Origin: Psammoneis japonica
Lineage: Eukaryota
Direction: 5' to 3'
NCBI GenBank assembly: GCA_008632985.1
Contig: QPGO01000023.1
Span: forward strand, 341,266 to 405,265
DNA: 64,000 bases
The position numbers and the translations under genes are program-made. Numbering within the stretch: the stretch's first letter is position 1; every line of letters starts with the position of its first letter. The notes below the pieces were generated by a model. That model was given only the letters and a program-made list of their open reading frames with translations, ran no database searches and was not told the DNA's origin. Shown in pieces: positions 1 to 12,700 of this stretch.

Positions 1-83
1 CAACTGTATCCGCTCAACATGATATGGTGTCAACTGTATCCGCCCCACATGATATGGTATCAACTTGAGCCACCACACATGAT
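1..83. repeat. 30-bp tandem repeat (about 2.8 copies, runs off the window start)
   Basis: caactgtatccgctcaacatgatatggtgt / caactgtatccgccccacatgatatggtat / caacttgagccaccacacatgat, at 30-nt period. Confidence 0.8.
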
Positions 84-89
84 GCAACA

Positions 90-3000
90 TTTTCCTTTAG
101 AAATGTGGACAAAGATTAAAGCAAAGAAAGTTGAGAAAAAAAAACATTTAATCAATAGAGAGTCCGTCACTTTCGCAAATACCGTGCTGTGATGCACTCA
201 CTGAGAATGTGACAATGAAGAAACACATTTCGGGTCCAGATAATCTTTTCATTTGTTTTCATTATGAATCGGTTTTTGGTTTGACAACAGCAGGTCCAAT
301 GGCATCAACACAAAATGAATAATGCTCATTTTCGGCGGCGACGGCCATTGGATGCCAAGCGATTGTTGAAACATCCGCGACTTTCGCAGAGAAGACAGTG
401 CCGTGGATCCGAACAATCCACAAGCACCCGCTCAACAAGCGGCACCACCTGCTCAACCTGGAGCACAAGCACCTCAAGTGCCAGTTCCACCAGCACAAGA
501 GCTGCACAATAAGCGCAGCCATCAGCAATCCCAGGTCAAGGAGGCGAGGGAGCAGGAGCACCGCCACCGGTCTGTCCTGTGCCACCGCCTCCGAATCAAC
601 TGGCGCAACAACCTGGAGGAGGTCAACCAGCAGCACAAGTGCTGCCCATTCAACCACCTCCACCAAATCCCACCACGTGTCAAGAATGGATGCTGTGGAA
701 CAGCAAACAAAGACCCGCACAATGGCGATTGCACCGAAGCCGGTCTGGACTTTGCTGCAGCCATCGCAGGAGCCTTGAGATGCACCCCTCAACCACTTGC
801 GGCACAAGTCACAGCCACTTCACACTTCAGGACATGACATGCCAATGGCACAAGTGAAACTTGTGACCAATGCCACTGACCGGATGATCCAGGAGTGATC
901 AGCGTGTTCCACCAAATTGCTGCCTGCCCGCAAACCATCGTTGGAAACGCACCACCCTGGGACAGAAATGCTTGCACCATCCGTGGTGACATCACACAAG
1001 GACAGTGTCATGTCGTGCCTTGGGAGGTTGCCAATCATCACATTGTTGCGGCAGCTGGAACCTGGGTCCCCATGGATGCAGAGATGGAAAATCACCCAGC
1101 GCAAAACCCTGAAGGCCCAATTGGCTGCATGCTGCCCAACAATGCCCGGAGCAGCAGAGGTGCAAACATGCGCCACTGCTTTGCTCCCTTTCAACTGCGT
1201 GAGTTTGCTGCTCCCAGTCACCTTGCCACCCAAAGATGTCTTCTGGCATGCACACGGCACTGCCCAGGTGAACAATCAGGTGCAGCAGCTCCGCCCCTTG
1301 CCAGACTGCCTTGAGGTGGCATGCATGAGGCACGGTGCTCAACAAGCTTCAGCGGCAGCTCAGCCATTGCCCCAACTGCTGCAATCACCCAACAAAGCAC
1401 TCCGCTGATTCTTCAACCACATGGCAGACATGGATCTCCTGGGCCATGCCAGGGAAGCCAACCCAACCTTGCCGCAGATCCTTCCGGTCGTTGGGGCCCT
1501 CGACAACCTTGCTGCAGAACAACATCAAACTTGACTGGATGCGCAGGCAAGGGCCCTGGCTGCTGCTGGGGAAAAGATGCCCACACAAACCTTTGGCATG
1601 TGCGGGGTCCTTAAGCTCATGCGACTGACCCAACTGCTGCACAAAGCACAACTCCTGCCATTTGTGGGTCAACCTTGCCGCTGCGCCCAAAATCACGTGT
1701 GTCAAGGTCATGCAGAGCGCATTCGACACCTTAAAGAGTGCACTGGGGACACACTTCCTGACATGTGCCATGGTGCCACTCGTGTCAAAACTCATGAACC
1801 TTGCACTCTTTTGCTGGTTTGTTTTTAGAATGGCTTCAATCCGTGATGCAGGTGTTCTTTTTTCAATGGTGGCACCTTTCACTCACTTTGGATTGGTTGG
1901 GCACCACATGGAGACTGTTTTTGGAACCAGATTTGGAGCCATTTTGGTTTTGGAGCCAACCTTGCTGTCAGAGTCTTGATGTTTTTTGTGTTGTGGACGT
2001 CTTCAAGAACCTCTGAATGACTCAAAACTCAATCAGCTCATCAAAGGCACGTTCCAGCAGTTCAATGTTTTGGACAGTCGACTGATGCACCATCCTTGCG
2101 GTGCAAGTGACAGCTGACAGCTCATGGCTCAGTTTCCCGCTAGATTCAACTTGCAGTTGATTGGAGGATCACATGGATGTCCTCATTGACCTCTTGGGTC
2201 TGGCAGAGGCTTTCTTGCTGTTGAGCTGCTCTGGTTTCTTCAGATCATCTCGAAAAAGACAACTCTGATTCTGAAGTGCATTTCCTTGGAAGACATGAGC
2301 CAAGAGACGCTTGAAGCACTTTTCAACAGTTCCTTCTTGCTCTTTGGACTCAAGGCTCGTTGATTTGGTCTCAAAAAGAAACTCTCCAACAGTCTCTCCT
2401 TGCACAGTGGGGATGCATTTCTTGGACCTGATTGACTGTGACCTGAAATTCCATCCAACCATGACTTGGTGCAGACATTTCAACAATGCTGTGTGCTTGC
2501 AGAGTCCTTGATCCTGAGTGCTTGAAGTGGATCACATCAGAATGAATCCTCTTGTCTTGTGGATGAAAAACAGGGTTCCATCTTGAGGCACTGCTCAGAT
2601 TGAGCTGCTTCCACTCGGAAATTGATTCCAGCAGAACCAGTGCATTTCACACCTGCTCATGGAAGAATTTACAAAGGCACATTAGTTCAAATTTTCATTT
2701 TCCATGTTTTTGCCTTCTGTGGTGTGCATGCACAATGCACCATGCTCAAAGAACAAGTGCAAACGAAAGCGGAATAAAGTGCAAAAAGTGGAAATTGTGA
2801 GATTAAATTTTGCTCTGTGAATTTTGGTTTCTCCGAATGAGTTCTCAATGGCCCAAAGCTTCTGCACTGCTTCTGCACGCAAGATGTCAACATCGTCAAT
2901 TGATTGCATTTGCAATTTTTGACTTCTGATCAACTCTGTGTGATCGTTCTGTCCTTTGCACACATCCACAACTGTGGTGCAATTGACACACAAATGACAT

Positions 3001-4040
3001 GTAATTGCAGATGTGCGTGCAAACAGCTGCATGCTGCAAAGAGGTGGTCCAAAAAAAGTTGGCTCTGTTTTGAAATGCCAGATGCCACGAACAACGTGTG
3101 CCCACCACATTCTCACAAGACATTCATTTGTTAAAGAGTGTGAGACCAACAATGCTTGTGTCTTGCACATTTTGTGGCTCTGACTGGGGTCAAAGTCTAG
3201 CCAAAACTTCCAAAAAATTTGAGTCGAGTGGGTCACACGGGATTCAAGACACACGCGACTTGCAGTGCGATGAGGTGAAATTGACCCATTCTTGATGCCG
3301 AGATCAGATGACAACATCATCACAAAACCAATTTCATTGCAACACTCTGATTTTTAATTTGTCTTTGACCTCATGACATCTGCATTTGACCTTTTTCATG
3401 CCACAAACGGGCGAAACAATCTGTGAACACTCATTTCCAAGACAAACTTTTCTGTTTTCAGATTTGACATGTTTGTGCCTTTGCGATCAATCTAGAGTGT
3501 GCACAAGCCAGGGAGGAGCTCTGTCCACCACCATTTGTCATTCTACAGAATGACAGCATCAGAACATTTTGTCAACGTTGTTTGACGCTTTTTTCTTGAA
3601 CCACGCACCAACTTTTTTCTTCGTTTTCACTCCCGCCCCCGCCTGACTCTCTCTCCCACCCAAGAGTGCTTGGCTGGGTGCATTGCAGTTGCTTTGTCAG
3701 AGGCTTCAAATGTTTGTCTGGTCAATGCCATTGACAAAATTGGTTTGATGATGTGACGACCATGTTGGATTTGTTGGTGTGTGCTCAAGCCAGGAAAAAC
3801 AGCGCGAGAGTTGGCTGCGGCGGCAAGAAAGTTGAGTGAGACAACAAGTGGTGAGCCTCGGATGCATCGATGACACCATTTTGATTTTCAATTTACTTGC
3901 CTTTTTACAAACTCAGACTTGGACTCTGTGGGTGCCGAAAATCCAGCAAATGGTGAGTTGACGCATCGTCTGCGTGCAACATGGCATCACGAATGAGCGA
4001 AATGGTGTGTTTCAATGTTTCTCACCAAGACGTGCATCTC
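90..4040. mobile_element. Degenerate TpA-depleted repeat/TE-derived block, family unidentified
   Basis: Very few TA dinucleotides and an excess of TG/CA. ORFs in all frames are Cys/His-rich and Tyr-poor. A frameshifted Pro/Gln/Ala-rich ORF relic lies at about 400-1650 (+). Boundaries are approximate. Confidence 0.6.
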
Positions 4041-4371
4041 CAATCGGATGATTACAACAGCGTGTCGATGAGGGTCCAATGGAGCTTCTGTTGCAATGGT
4101 CCAAAAAACGACGAATTTTTGTACACCTTATCTGCCGCGTCAATGTCATCGTCGGCTGCGGCGGTTTTTTGTCAAGTTCTCCGTGTTGTCACCGCGGTGA
4201 TGGTCTGTACGCTCATCAGGAGCGATGCGGCACCTGCTCAACTCCCATCAGCAACCTTACCGATAGCTACTGTGGAGACTAGGGCCCTACAGTATTCTTT
4301 CTGGGCTTCTTCCCTCGGCATTCGATCTCTTTTTCTATCCGTTCTCTCCATTGAACCCCTTTGTCAGCGAC

Positions 4372-5373
4372 ATGGGTTTTCTTCTCTATCTGTCATGTCT
4401 CTCTTTTATATGGCCTCATCTCTTTGAACCCTCAAATGCGATCGGCGCAAAGATTACGGCTCCACGCTCTGACAAAGCCCTCATTGATCTTTCTGACAAG
4501 CATGTTGAATCAGAGCGGCTTTTAGATGCAGCTCGTGTTCTCGAGAAAGTGCGAAACAAAAATCTCCTCGAGGAGCGACACGTCGCCGTTTCCGACAAGG
4601 CTGAGACCATTGAAAAGAATGTAGCCGACCACGAATACCGTTTTTGGAACAAGCAGTATGAGTCTCATCGACGACATGATACCAGAATATCATTTCGCCT
4701 TCACGGAGAGAGGCGCAACCGTCTCTTGACTACTCGCATTGAAACAGCTATTGAACCGTCTCTGCTCGTTCCGCTCTTGTCTGTGTTGGGGGAATCGCAG
4801 CTGTATGAAACGTGGATGCCTCGGTTCGAAAAGCCATTCAAACCCGGTATTTCCAGTGCAGTCAAACTCAAGGATGTTGGTCGTCCGCCGAGTCAAATTC
4901 TTTCGCTGAAAATACAAATGCCCTTTCCAATGTGGACTCGAGAGATGCTTTTGGACGTGCGTGTATGTGACGATATTGATTCGACACGGCAAATCATGGT
5001 GAAAATGGATGGTTTGAAAACCGGATCGGCACCGCCGGTTGAATCAGGTGTGAAGAGGGTGGATCTTGACGGCGGATTGCTCTTTCGAAAGTGCCCTCCC
5101 AATCACCCAACCCTTCTCAAATCTAGAATACCGCAGTCTGCCAGACAGAATCTGGTGCTAGTCTCCATGACGATCACCTACGTCCCAAGTAGGCTTGCCA
5201 CCTGGACTGTATATCGTGTGGCGTGGGGTCGCATGTGGTCCAAGCTACTGCAAGTAGCGGAGGGTGTGCGAGATGGGAAGCGTGTCGGACACACACAGGC
5301 TATTCGGAATAAGCAAGACATGTACGACTGGGTTGAAAGGCGAGTCGGAGCCATGCTACAAAGCAGGAATTGA
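4372..5373 (+). CDS. START/SRPBCC-like lipid-binding domain protein
   Basis: Long ORF with LLSVLGESQLYETWMP and QILSLKIQMPFPMWTRE motifs typical of START-like folds. First ATG is at 4372; an upstream exon is possible. Confidence 0.6.
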   Translation: MGFLLYLSCLSFIWPHLFEPSNAIGAKITAPRSDKALIDLSDKHVESERLLDAARVLEKVRNKNLLEERHVAVSDKAETIEKNVADHEYRFWNKQYESHRRHDTRISFRLHGERRNRLLTTRIETAIEPSLLVPLLSVLGESQLYETWMPRFEKPFKPGISSAVKLKDVGRPPSQILSLKIQMPFPMWTREMLLDVRVCDDIDSTRQIMVKMDGLKTGSAPPVESGVKRVDLDGGLLFRKCPPNHPTLLKSRIPQSARQNLVLVSMTITYVPSRLATWTVYRVAWGRMWSKLLQVAEGVRDGKRVGHTQAIRNKQDMYDWVERRVGAMLQSRN

Positions 5374-5721
5374 AATTAAGATATGCCAGTGAAGAAGAGT
5401 TCCAGAGACACCAAAAGCATTAGCGAGTAGAGTGTTCTCTTTGGAAACGTTTCATCGTTTGATATGCTTTCATAAGCCAACACATCTTTTCAAAATTGGA
5501 AAATAAAGAACCAAGGCTGACTTTCTCTTGTTCTCAATGAGACTCGTCGAGAGTGGCTACTACCGTATACTCGGAGTGAACCACTCCCGAGAACGAAGCT
5601 ATATGTTTATTTTTTGATAATTTTGCGTAATTGCAAAATACTCCGATTCTTCTATTATATATTTCGAAACGTCGACCGCCAAGCGAATCAAGATGCCAAT
5701 TGAATTGGATCAATCCGATCG

Positions 5722-6268
5722 TCATGAGATGCTATTCTTCATTTTCAACAATTCAGATTCCAACTCGGCAGCCTTCTTTGTTGCTTCTTGCGTAACAGAA
5801 TGTGCGTCTAGACATTGCAACTCCTCTTCTGCTTCCATTGTGTCCTCATCCATGAGTAATACAGATAATCTCAAGGTCCGAATGAGATCCAGCAAGTTTG
5901 TGGACGCCACGCAGAGATTTTGAGCCGCGAGCTGAGCTTGGAGGGAGCTCATTGCGGCATCCGCAGCAAGAGGAGGTGGTGGATCTTGAGGCGAAGTCAT
6001 TTCACCACCTCCAGCTTTTTTTTGTTAATCCATTGTTGATAAAAAGCTCAGCAAAATGAGTGCACAAATATTCGACAAACTGTGATGCCGCAAAAGCAAC
6101 GTTGTACTTACAACGTGGATCTTGTCGTCCTCCCATTCCTTCAAGAGCAGAAACGGATGATGCCGCTCTCAGGAGACTTTGATATTGCGTGGAAAGACGA
6201 TTACACGTCGCATTCAGAGAAGCTTGCCACTCTTCTGCCGGCGTCGCATCTGCCTCGACGCGGTCCAT
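5722..6268 (-). CDS. MED22: Mediator subunit Med22-like protein (2 exons: 6268-6112, 6014-5722)
   Basis: A GTAAG...AG intron joins two ORFs in frame (QDPR-SGGGEMTSP). The C-terminus LAAQNLCVASTNLLDLIRTLRLSVLLMD resembles Med22/Srb6. Confidence 0.6.
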
Positions 6269-6559
6269 GGTTGCGGCCAAAAAGGAGAATGAGAGAGATT
6301 GGAAGATGATGGATCGAAGCGGATCGCGAGTGAGCTACAGTAGTGGCGCGCGCGTCGCGCGTGAACGCTGCTCGTCCGTCCGTCAGCCCCGAAGAAAATA
6401 TGACGTAGTCGCTGACGTTCAAATTTTCCAAACTGAAAACGGACGACCCCACGCACTACCGTAACTCCTCAAACTTCTTGTTGAATGATGTCTGGAATTT
6501 CGGATTTTAGATAATACCTCGGCAGATGGTGTAACAACGAATTGAGAAAAGCATTCATT

Positions 6560-8230
6560 ATGGTGCGGTTGTTGCTGTTGCTCTCTCAGCGGAACAAGCT
6601 GTTCCACCTTGTTGCTGTCGCTCCTCTTCCTTTTCCAGCCTCCACTCATTGCTGCCAACGGCAATTTTGAGTCGTTTGATGATTTGCCATCGCACTACGA
6701 GAGAAGCGTTGAGCTGGAGGGACAGGGCTGTCAGAGGATCGAGTGGACGGTCGATCGACAAGCGGCAGAACTAACGGTTCGCTGGAAGAGCAGCATTCCG
6801 GACGTTGAATGGATGGGCTTTGGACTGTCTGAGAATGGTGGGATGCATGGAGCAGACATTGTTACCATCCGGCAAAAGGGGGGTAGTCGAGACAAGTTTG
6901 AGCATCAGGATCGCTTCGCTGTTCGCAAGGAGAAACCCGTCGTTGACTATCTGCAGAGCTATGACTTGCTCGACGCTCATTATGACGATGAGGGCTACCT
7001 TACTGCAGTCATCCGCCGATCTTTTGGTACCTGCGATGCGCAAGATCTCGAGATTTTTGCCCACAAGCAATACCTCATTTGCGCGTGTGGTTATTTGGAT
7101 TCTTCGACTGGCGACATTTCCTTTCATGGACCCTACTATTCCACCGGCTCGGCCAATCTCCTGATTGACGAGGATCTCCTCGTTCAAATGGATCTCGATG
7201 AACCGCAAGACGGTGTCATGGAAACACTGTCACCTGGAGTCACGGCCCGAGCCATCGTCAACTCGACTCTGTCACATTTTGCCGTCGATTTTCAACTCGA
7301 CAATGTCACCCTTGATCCGGGAACCGTCACGCACTACCGCTGCCAAGCATTTCAGACGCCTTTTGACATGCGTTACACAGGCTTCGAACAAGTCTGGAGT
7401 CGAGGCGGTGTCGAGAATCCGAGTACGGGCGCTAATTTGCCCGAATACATACACCACGTGACCATGTATCGGGTAAAAGATCCCATGACAGAGCTCGACA
7501 ACGCGAAACGATCGGGGATCGTCTTTGACTGTTTAGATGTCATGCCTGATAGCGAAGCCATTTTCTCAACAGCTCGTGGCAGTGGATTGACGCAGACACC
7601 CCCCAATGTGCATTTTCCGCTGGATGCCGGTTACTACATGATCCAGGTGCATTTCGAAAATCCATACGGACGCGCCATTCGAGACGATTACGCTGGTGTG
7701 CGCTTATGGATGCAATCAACGCAATACCCGCCGAGTACCGTTGCAGGACAAGTTGTGATTCACGACGCCTTGCTCCAATCCATTTTGATCCGCGCCGACA
7801 CCAAAGAACGTGAAGTAACCTTGCAGTATCAAATCTCTGGCGAGATGACTCGTTCCGTGTTGCCTTTTAATGGTATTCAAGTGTTTGCGTCTTTTGTACA
7901 CATGCATCGACAAGGTGTCAAGGCTCGCGTCGAATTGATACGAGACGGGGTGAATATTTTGAATCCAATTGACAACAAAGCTTATGACTTTGACCGTCAA
8001 ACGGCAAGTCACGCAGTTTGGCGGTTACTCCCCGGCGATGCATTGCTGGTTTCCTGTACCTACCAGGCCCAGGTGGACCGAGACGTTGTGGGAGAGAAAT
8101 GTGCCTCTTCATCATGGCCTTTGCCCCGGCCGTCCGTGGCTACACGCGCTCCCATTTGAGAAGACCATCTTCACGTGTCGCTTTTTCCCAAATTTATCCT
8201 CATACACCACGGCAGAGCATTAAACATTGA
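6560..8230 (+). pseudogene. DOMON + copper type II ascorbate-dependent monooxygenase (DBH/MOXD1-like), apparently frameshifted
   Basis: DOMON motif WMGFGLSENGGMHGADIV, and Cu ligands IHHV, VHFEN and HMH, in the 6609 frame. The conserved EMC motif (EMCLFIMAFAP) lies in a different frame from about 8096. The nearest upstream ATG (6560) is out of frame. Confidence 0.65.
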
Positions 8231-8678
8231 TCTAAATCTTATTGTTGTTTTCATTTTTGGTAAAGTACCGTACTTTACATGGCTGAACTCACTGATTCGT
8301 TGTTGTACTTCTCGCTTCTGTAATATCTTCCCAAAAAGAAATCATCAATACCCACTTTCAAGCTAGAAAATTCGAGCTTCATGTGCCGTGAGACATGATG
8401 GCTGTTCAGTAATCTATGAAAACTGCTCTTTCAGCGTCCAAAGATTCTGAAAAGTAACAGCACAGGGGGGCTTTTGCTGCCGTTTTGTACTGGAGCTTTC
8501 ATTGATGACTACAGTATGTACCAAACTCCTCTGCGAGCGCTTTGGGTGTCGATGATGCAGGTAGGCTATCGAGAGTGAGCGATTCATTTAGATAATGTGC
8601 GCATCCTACTAGCTACTAGTTAGGGAGATGAACACTCTCCCGATCGACTCTCCTGATTGACATACATTGTTGTAGCAA

Positions 8679-9614
8679 CTAATTCTCGAAAACATTCTTG
8701 ACTTTTTGTAGCGGCGCATCGTCAAGCTTACTATCTCGCATGGCCTTGTACTGCTTGCACAAGCCCTTGTGCGATTTCCAATCCGCCAATTGACACTCGC
8801 GGCTACAGTATTTCGTGGACTTGCACCCACGGCACACTTTCAAATTCTCCAGCGCACCACAATACTCGCAAATAGGCTTGGCCCGGAACATGACCTTGGC
8901 AAGCATACGAAAGTACTTGGTGTGATCCTTGACGAACTGAATCTGCTGGTCATTGAGATTCTTGTCCCAGTCGACCTTCCAATCGTCCATGCGTTTGAGA
9001 GCATTGGCCAAATCGACCGGCTTGTGGCGCGGAAGGAGGACGTTGTCGAGTTCGCTCCTCCAGTCGGAAAATAAATGATCCATGGCCGTGGCAAAGACCT
9101 CTCCAAGTTCGGATACTTCACAGAGAACTTCCAACGTGAACACTTGCTGTTTCTCCCACTCCACAAGAATTTGATCCGCAATTGCATCTTCTTGCTCGTT
9201 GGGAAGAGGCGGACGACCGCCCCACCACGGATCGGTGACTTTACAGTCGAAACAGGGACGAAGCTCGTAGATGGGCGCTCCCGGACTATAGTGGTTGATA
9301 AAGAAACACTTTTCAGCCAAGAGACGTTTTCTTTCTTCGCCTACGACGAGATGGAGCCAGAAGAGAAGACTGTTGTAGCCGCGGATGGAATGGCGGTCGC
9401 CAACGTCGTCAATCGTAGCCAAGTGATTGATGGTACGGGCCACCGCCTCTGCCTTGTCCGAGGGAACGTCGGCCACATAATACTCGGGACGACCATTCCC
9501 ATGATTGTAACTGTATGTAAATCCTACGCCTCCTTTTTCTCCGACAGTCAGAATCTGAATGCCTTTGTTCCTACGGCTCTTGGAAAACTTCATGGCATCC
9601 GCGAGAGCCGACAT
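8679..9614 (-). CDS. MYND zinc-finger domain protein
   Basis: C-terminal CEYCG...CRGCKSTKYCSRECQLADWKSHKGLC is a zf-MYND; start codon uncertain. Confidence 0.8.
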   Translation of the reverse strand: MSALADAMKFSKSRRNKGIQILTVGEKGGVGFTYSYNHGNGRPEYYVADVPSDKAEAVARTINHLATIDDVGDRHSIRGYNSLLFWLHLVVGEERKRLLAEKCFFINHYSPGAPIYELRPCFDCKVTDPWWGGRPPLPNEQEDAIADQILVEWEKQQVFTLEVLCEVSELGEVFATAMDHLFSDWRSELDNVLLPRHKPVDLANALKRMDDWKVDWDKNLNDQQIQFVKDHTKYFRMLAKVMFRAKPICEYCGALENLKVCRGCKSTKYCSRECQLADWKSHKGLCKQYKAMRDSKLDDAPLQKVKNVFEN

Positions 9615-9789
9615 TGTCTGGGCCTTTGAGCACACTTTGTTTCCAACGTGGACGGACGCACCTCAGCGAGGTGATGCTTCGCAGGATAAGAGCTGCTGCA
9701 GCCCGAGACGCCGCCGCTCGAGCTCTTCATCGTCGGGCTAATATTTTTGAAAAAAAAAAGACGAAACTCCATCGGGTCTGTCATGTGTG

Positions 9790-12700
9790 CGGGAACATGC
9801 ACACCCCTTCGTCACAGATCTAGATCAACTCCAGGCATCCCCAGTGGGAAGATGGTGCTGGTCTCTGTCCCTTTGCAGACAGCACACCAAGCCAAGATGC
9901 CAGTGATGGCAACCTCCCAAGATGACCAATGCCCTGTTGCAACTGTGGTTGTGGTGCCAGACTCCACTCAAACCGCACATGCACATGATGGCACCACAAG
10001 TGCACATGAAAACACAATCCCTTCACGTGGTGGCTGTGCTGGCTGCGCAAAGCCCACTTGTTTGCAGTTGTGAGCAAAGTGTTCATTTGCTTGGGCATGT
10101 GATCTCTTTTGCAAACAATCTTTCTTCCCTCTGAGGTGCCGCAATGAGAGATGATGATGATGATGAGAGATGAGAGGCTGGTGCATGCAATGAGGCAGAG
10201 GGCTGCCTTGATGCACTGCAGTGCTTCAACAGCTCTTCCTGTGCAATCTTGCTTCAGTCTTTTTCTCTCTTCTGGTGGTGTGTTGAGCAAAAGGATGAAC
10301 AACTGTTTTGCAGCATGTGGGCCATGGGCAGGGGGCTTGTGCCACACAACATGGCTGCAGGAACTTTGTGGCATTTCAAGTTGGCATGCAGACAACACCT
10401 TGGCAATGAGGTGCTGTGGGCTGCTTGGTCTGCATGCTTGTCATGTGAACCAACTTGCAAAGAGCAATCTTGCCTGCTGCTGCCATGGGCTGAACAAGGG
10501 TGTGCTCTTGGAAGCTGTGCTGCTGCTGTGATGCACAGAGATGGTGAAGTCAAAGCAAAAGCATTTTTTGCTTTCTGGTGTGCGAGCAGCATCTTCTTTA
10601 AAAGGGGCTCTTTTCCAGCTGCTGCATGGGAAACAAATTGCTGCTGAGTCATGGATGTGACTTTCACCAACACATGCTCATGAGCCAGCACAATGAGTTG
10701 AGTGATGCTGCAGGTTGTTGTTGCAGCCAGGTCTGGTGGGTGGCGCACTCAACTGAAGAATGAGAACCTGCTCCTGCACCCACATTCAGTGCAATGACAT
10801 GAATGATGCCTTCTTGGTTGGTCGTTCAAGGAAGAAAGCAAGACCAAACATGTTCAAAAACTTGGAGAGCCACCACCTGTTTTGATGCACATCATCTTCT
10901 TGTTCTTGAGCTCAATGAAGCTCCAAAACAGAGTCTCCAGTCACCACCTGCTCTGATCCTTCCAACAACCTGAAGCACAATCTTGAGTTTCAGGCTTTGC
11001 ACACACCCGCCATTCCATTTTGTGTGTGGAAGAGCAGCTGCCAAAGCTGCTTCTTGCACACAAAAGCAGCAGCACTCAGTGACAACATGACCCACACCAC
11101 ATCATGGCATTTTGTCTCAGTGAACTTGACAAGAAAAATTTGGATTGACTTGTGGCAACAAGAGCCACAATCTCACAGGAGCAACTTGATGAATGAAACA
11201 TGTTTGGCAGCATTTTGTGGAGTTTGGAGAGGTGCGCCACTTTGCAGGAGCTTCAAACAAGGCCAGATGAAGAAGGAAGCTCTCCAAGTGGTGGGGCATC
11301 TTGATGGGGCAAATGTGGGTGCAATTTGTGACAAGAAGAGCTGCAATCTCAATGGAGTGTCTCAAGCAAAACTTGCTCAGTGGCATTTCAGGGGGCATCC
11401 CACCATGAAAAAACTGGTGCATCAGAAGGTGGCAAAAACACAAGCACCAAGCTTGAGCTTTTTGGCAATGATGAGGATGATGCAGAAGAGGAAAAGGAAA
11501 AGACCATGAAGAAGAAGACAGATCAAGTGAAGATGAGACAGCAGCACAAAACACCACAGCAGTCTGGCAAAGGAGTTGCACCTCTTGGATGTGATGCATC
11601 CAACTGCAACAATTCAAAACAGCACACAGCAGAGCAGCAAACCAGCAATCATTGACAGTTGTGTGCACCATGCATTGCATTGTTTTAGTTGAGTGCAAAC
11701 AACAAGACAAAATGTTGTGATGCAAATGATTTTAATTTGCAGGTTTGTGGGAACAGAGCACTGGCACTCTCACAGGAAAATGGGTGGCTGTTTCACAGCA
11801 AACCTTGCTTTCTTCATTGGAGTGGGGTCAGACCCCTGGCACAAAAATGTTTGTCTGTCACAGTCAACAAATGATGTTCACCATGTGCAAAACTTGCCAT
11901 CTGTCACAGCACAAAAACATTGCCCGTGAAAAGGTTAAAAATTGTTGTGAGACAGGCAGCCTTGATCACTGCAACACACACTCTGATGTGCAGCCCTCCA
12001 TCACTTTGTTCATCCTTTGCCCCTTCCTGGGGAAACAACCCAAAGGATGGGACAGATGGTGACAAAAAGGGCTGTCTGAACCTCAAATGACAGCTGCACA
12101 GTGAATTCCACACAGAAAAAGCACATGAGGAAGGAGAGTTGCACTCGAAGGGGGAGGGGGCATGCCCGGGCTGTTGTGGGCACCCAAAGAAAGACCAGAG
12201 CAACCAACACAGACCATTTTCAAAAAGACAGTTTGTGATCGTTGCACATCTTGATTTTTTAAAATGTTTGTTTGCCACATGGCAGCAGCTGAGACCACAC
12301 AAAAATGACTGCTGGTGAGCACAGCACATGCCTTTTTGCCAACAACAAGCAGCGTGTTGAGTGAAGAAGGCCAGGCCTGCATGACACCACAATTGCATCA
12401 AATGTTGCCCAAAACATTCCTTGTGTGCACTGTGCACCTCCTTTTGCAACACAAAAATTGACAACTGACCATGACAAGAAGCTGACAGGTGCCAAACCTT
12501 GCCCCCACATGACAAGCACAGCTTTTTTGTTGGCCACAAGCTCTCTCTCTCACACATCCGGCTGGGGAGAAACTTGGGAGAACAAACCATGTGACAGCAC
12601 AGCTTGCTCCAGGATGATGAGAGTTGCTCATTTTTAAGAACATCATTTTGTGGCATGCAAAGGACTGGCTGCCAGCTTGAGGCAAACAAAGGTGTTTTTT

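Noticed and set aside
1..83. CRISPR-like array
   Set aside because: The period is only 30 bp, the variable parts are short and similar to each other, the context is eukaryotic and there are no cas genes
3981..4427. 148-aa ORF as an independent gene
   Set aside because: It straddles the repeat border, overlaps the START gene start and has no recognisable motif; at most it contains an upstream exon
11900..12130. Possible SET-domain relic (SLDHCNTHSD...VTKRAV...CTVN)
   Set aside because: The resemblance is too weak and broken to support without an HMM search
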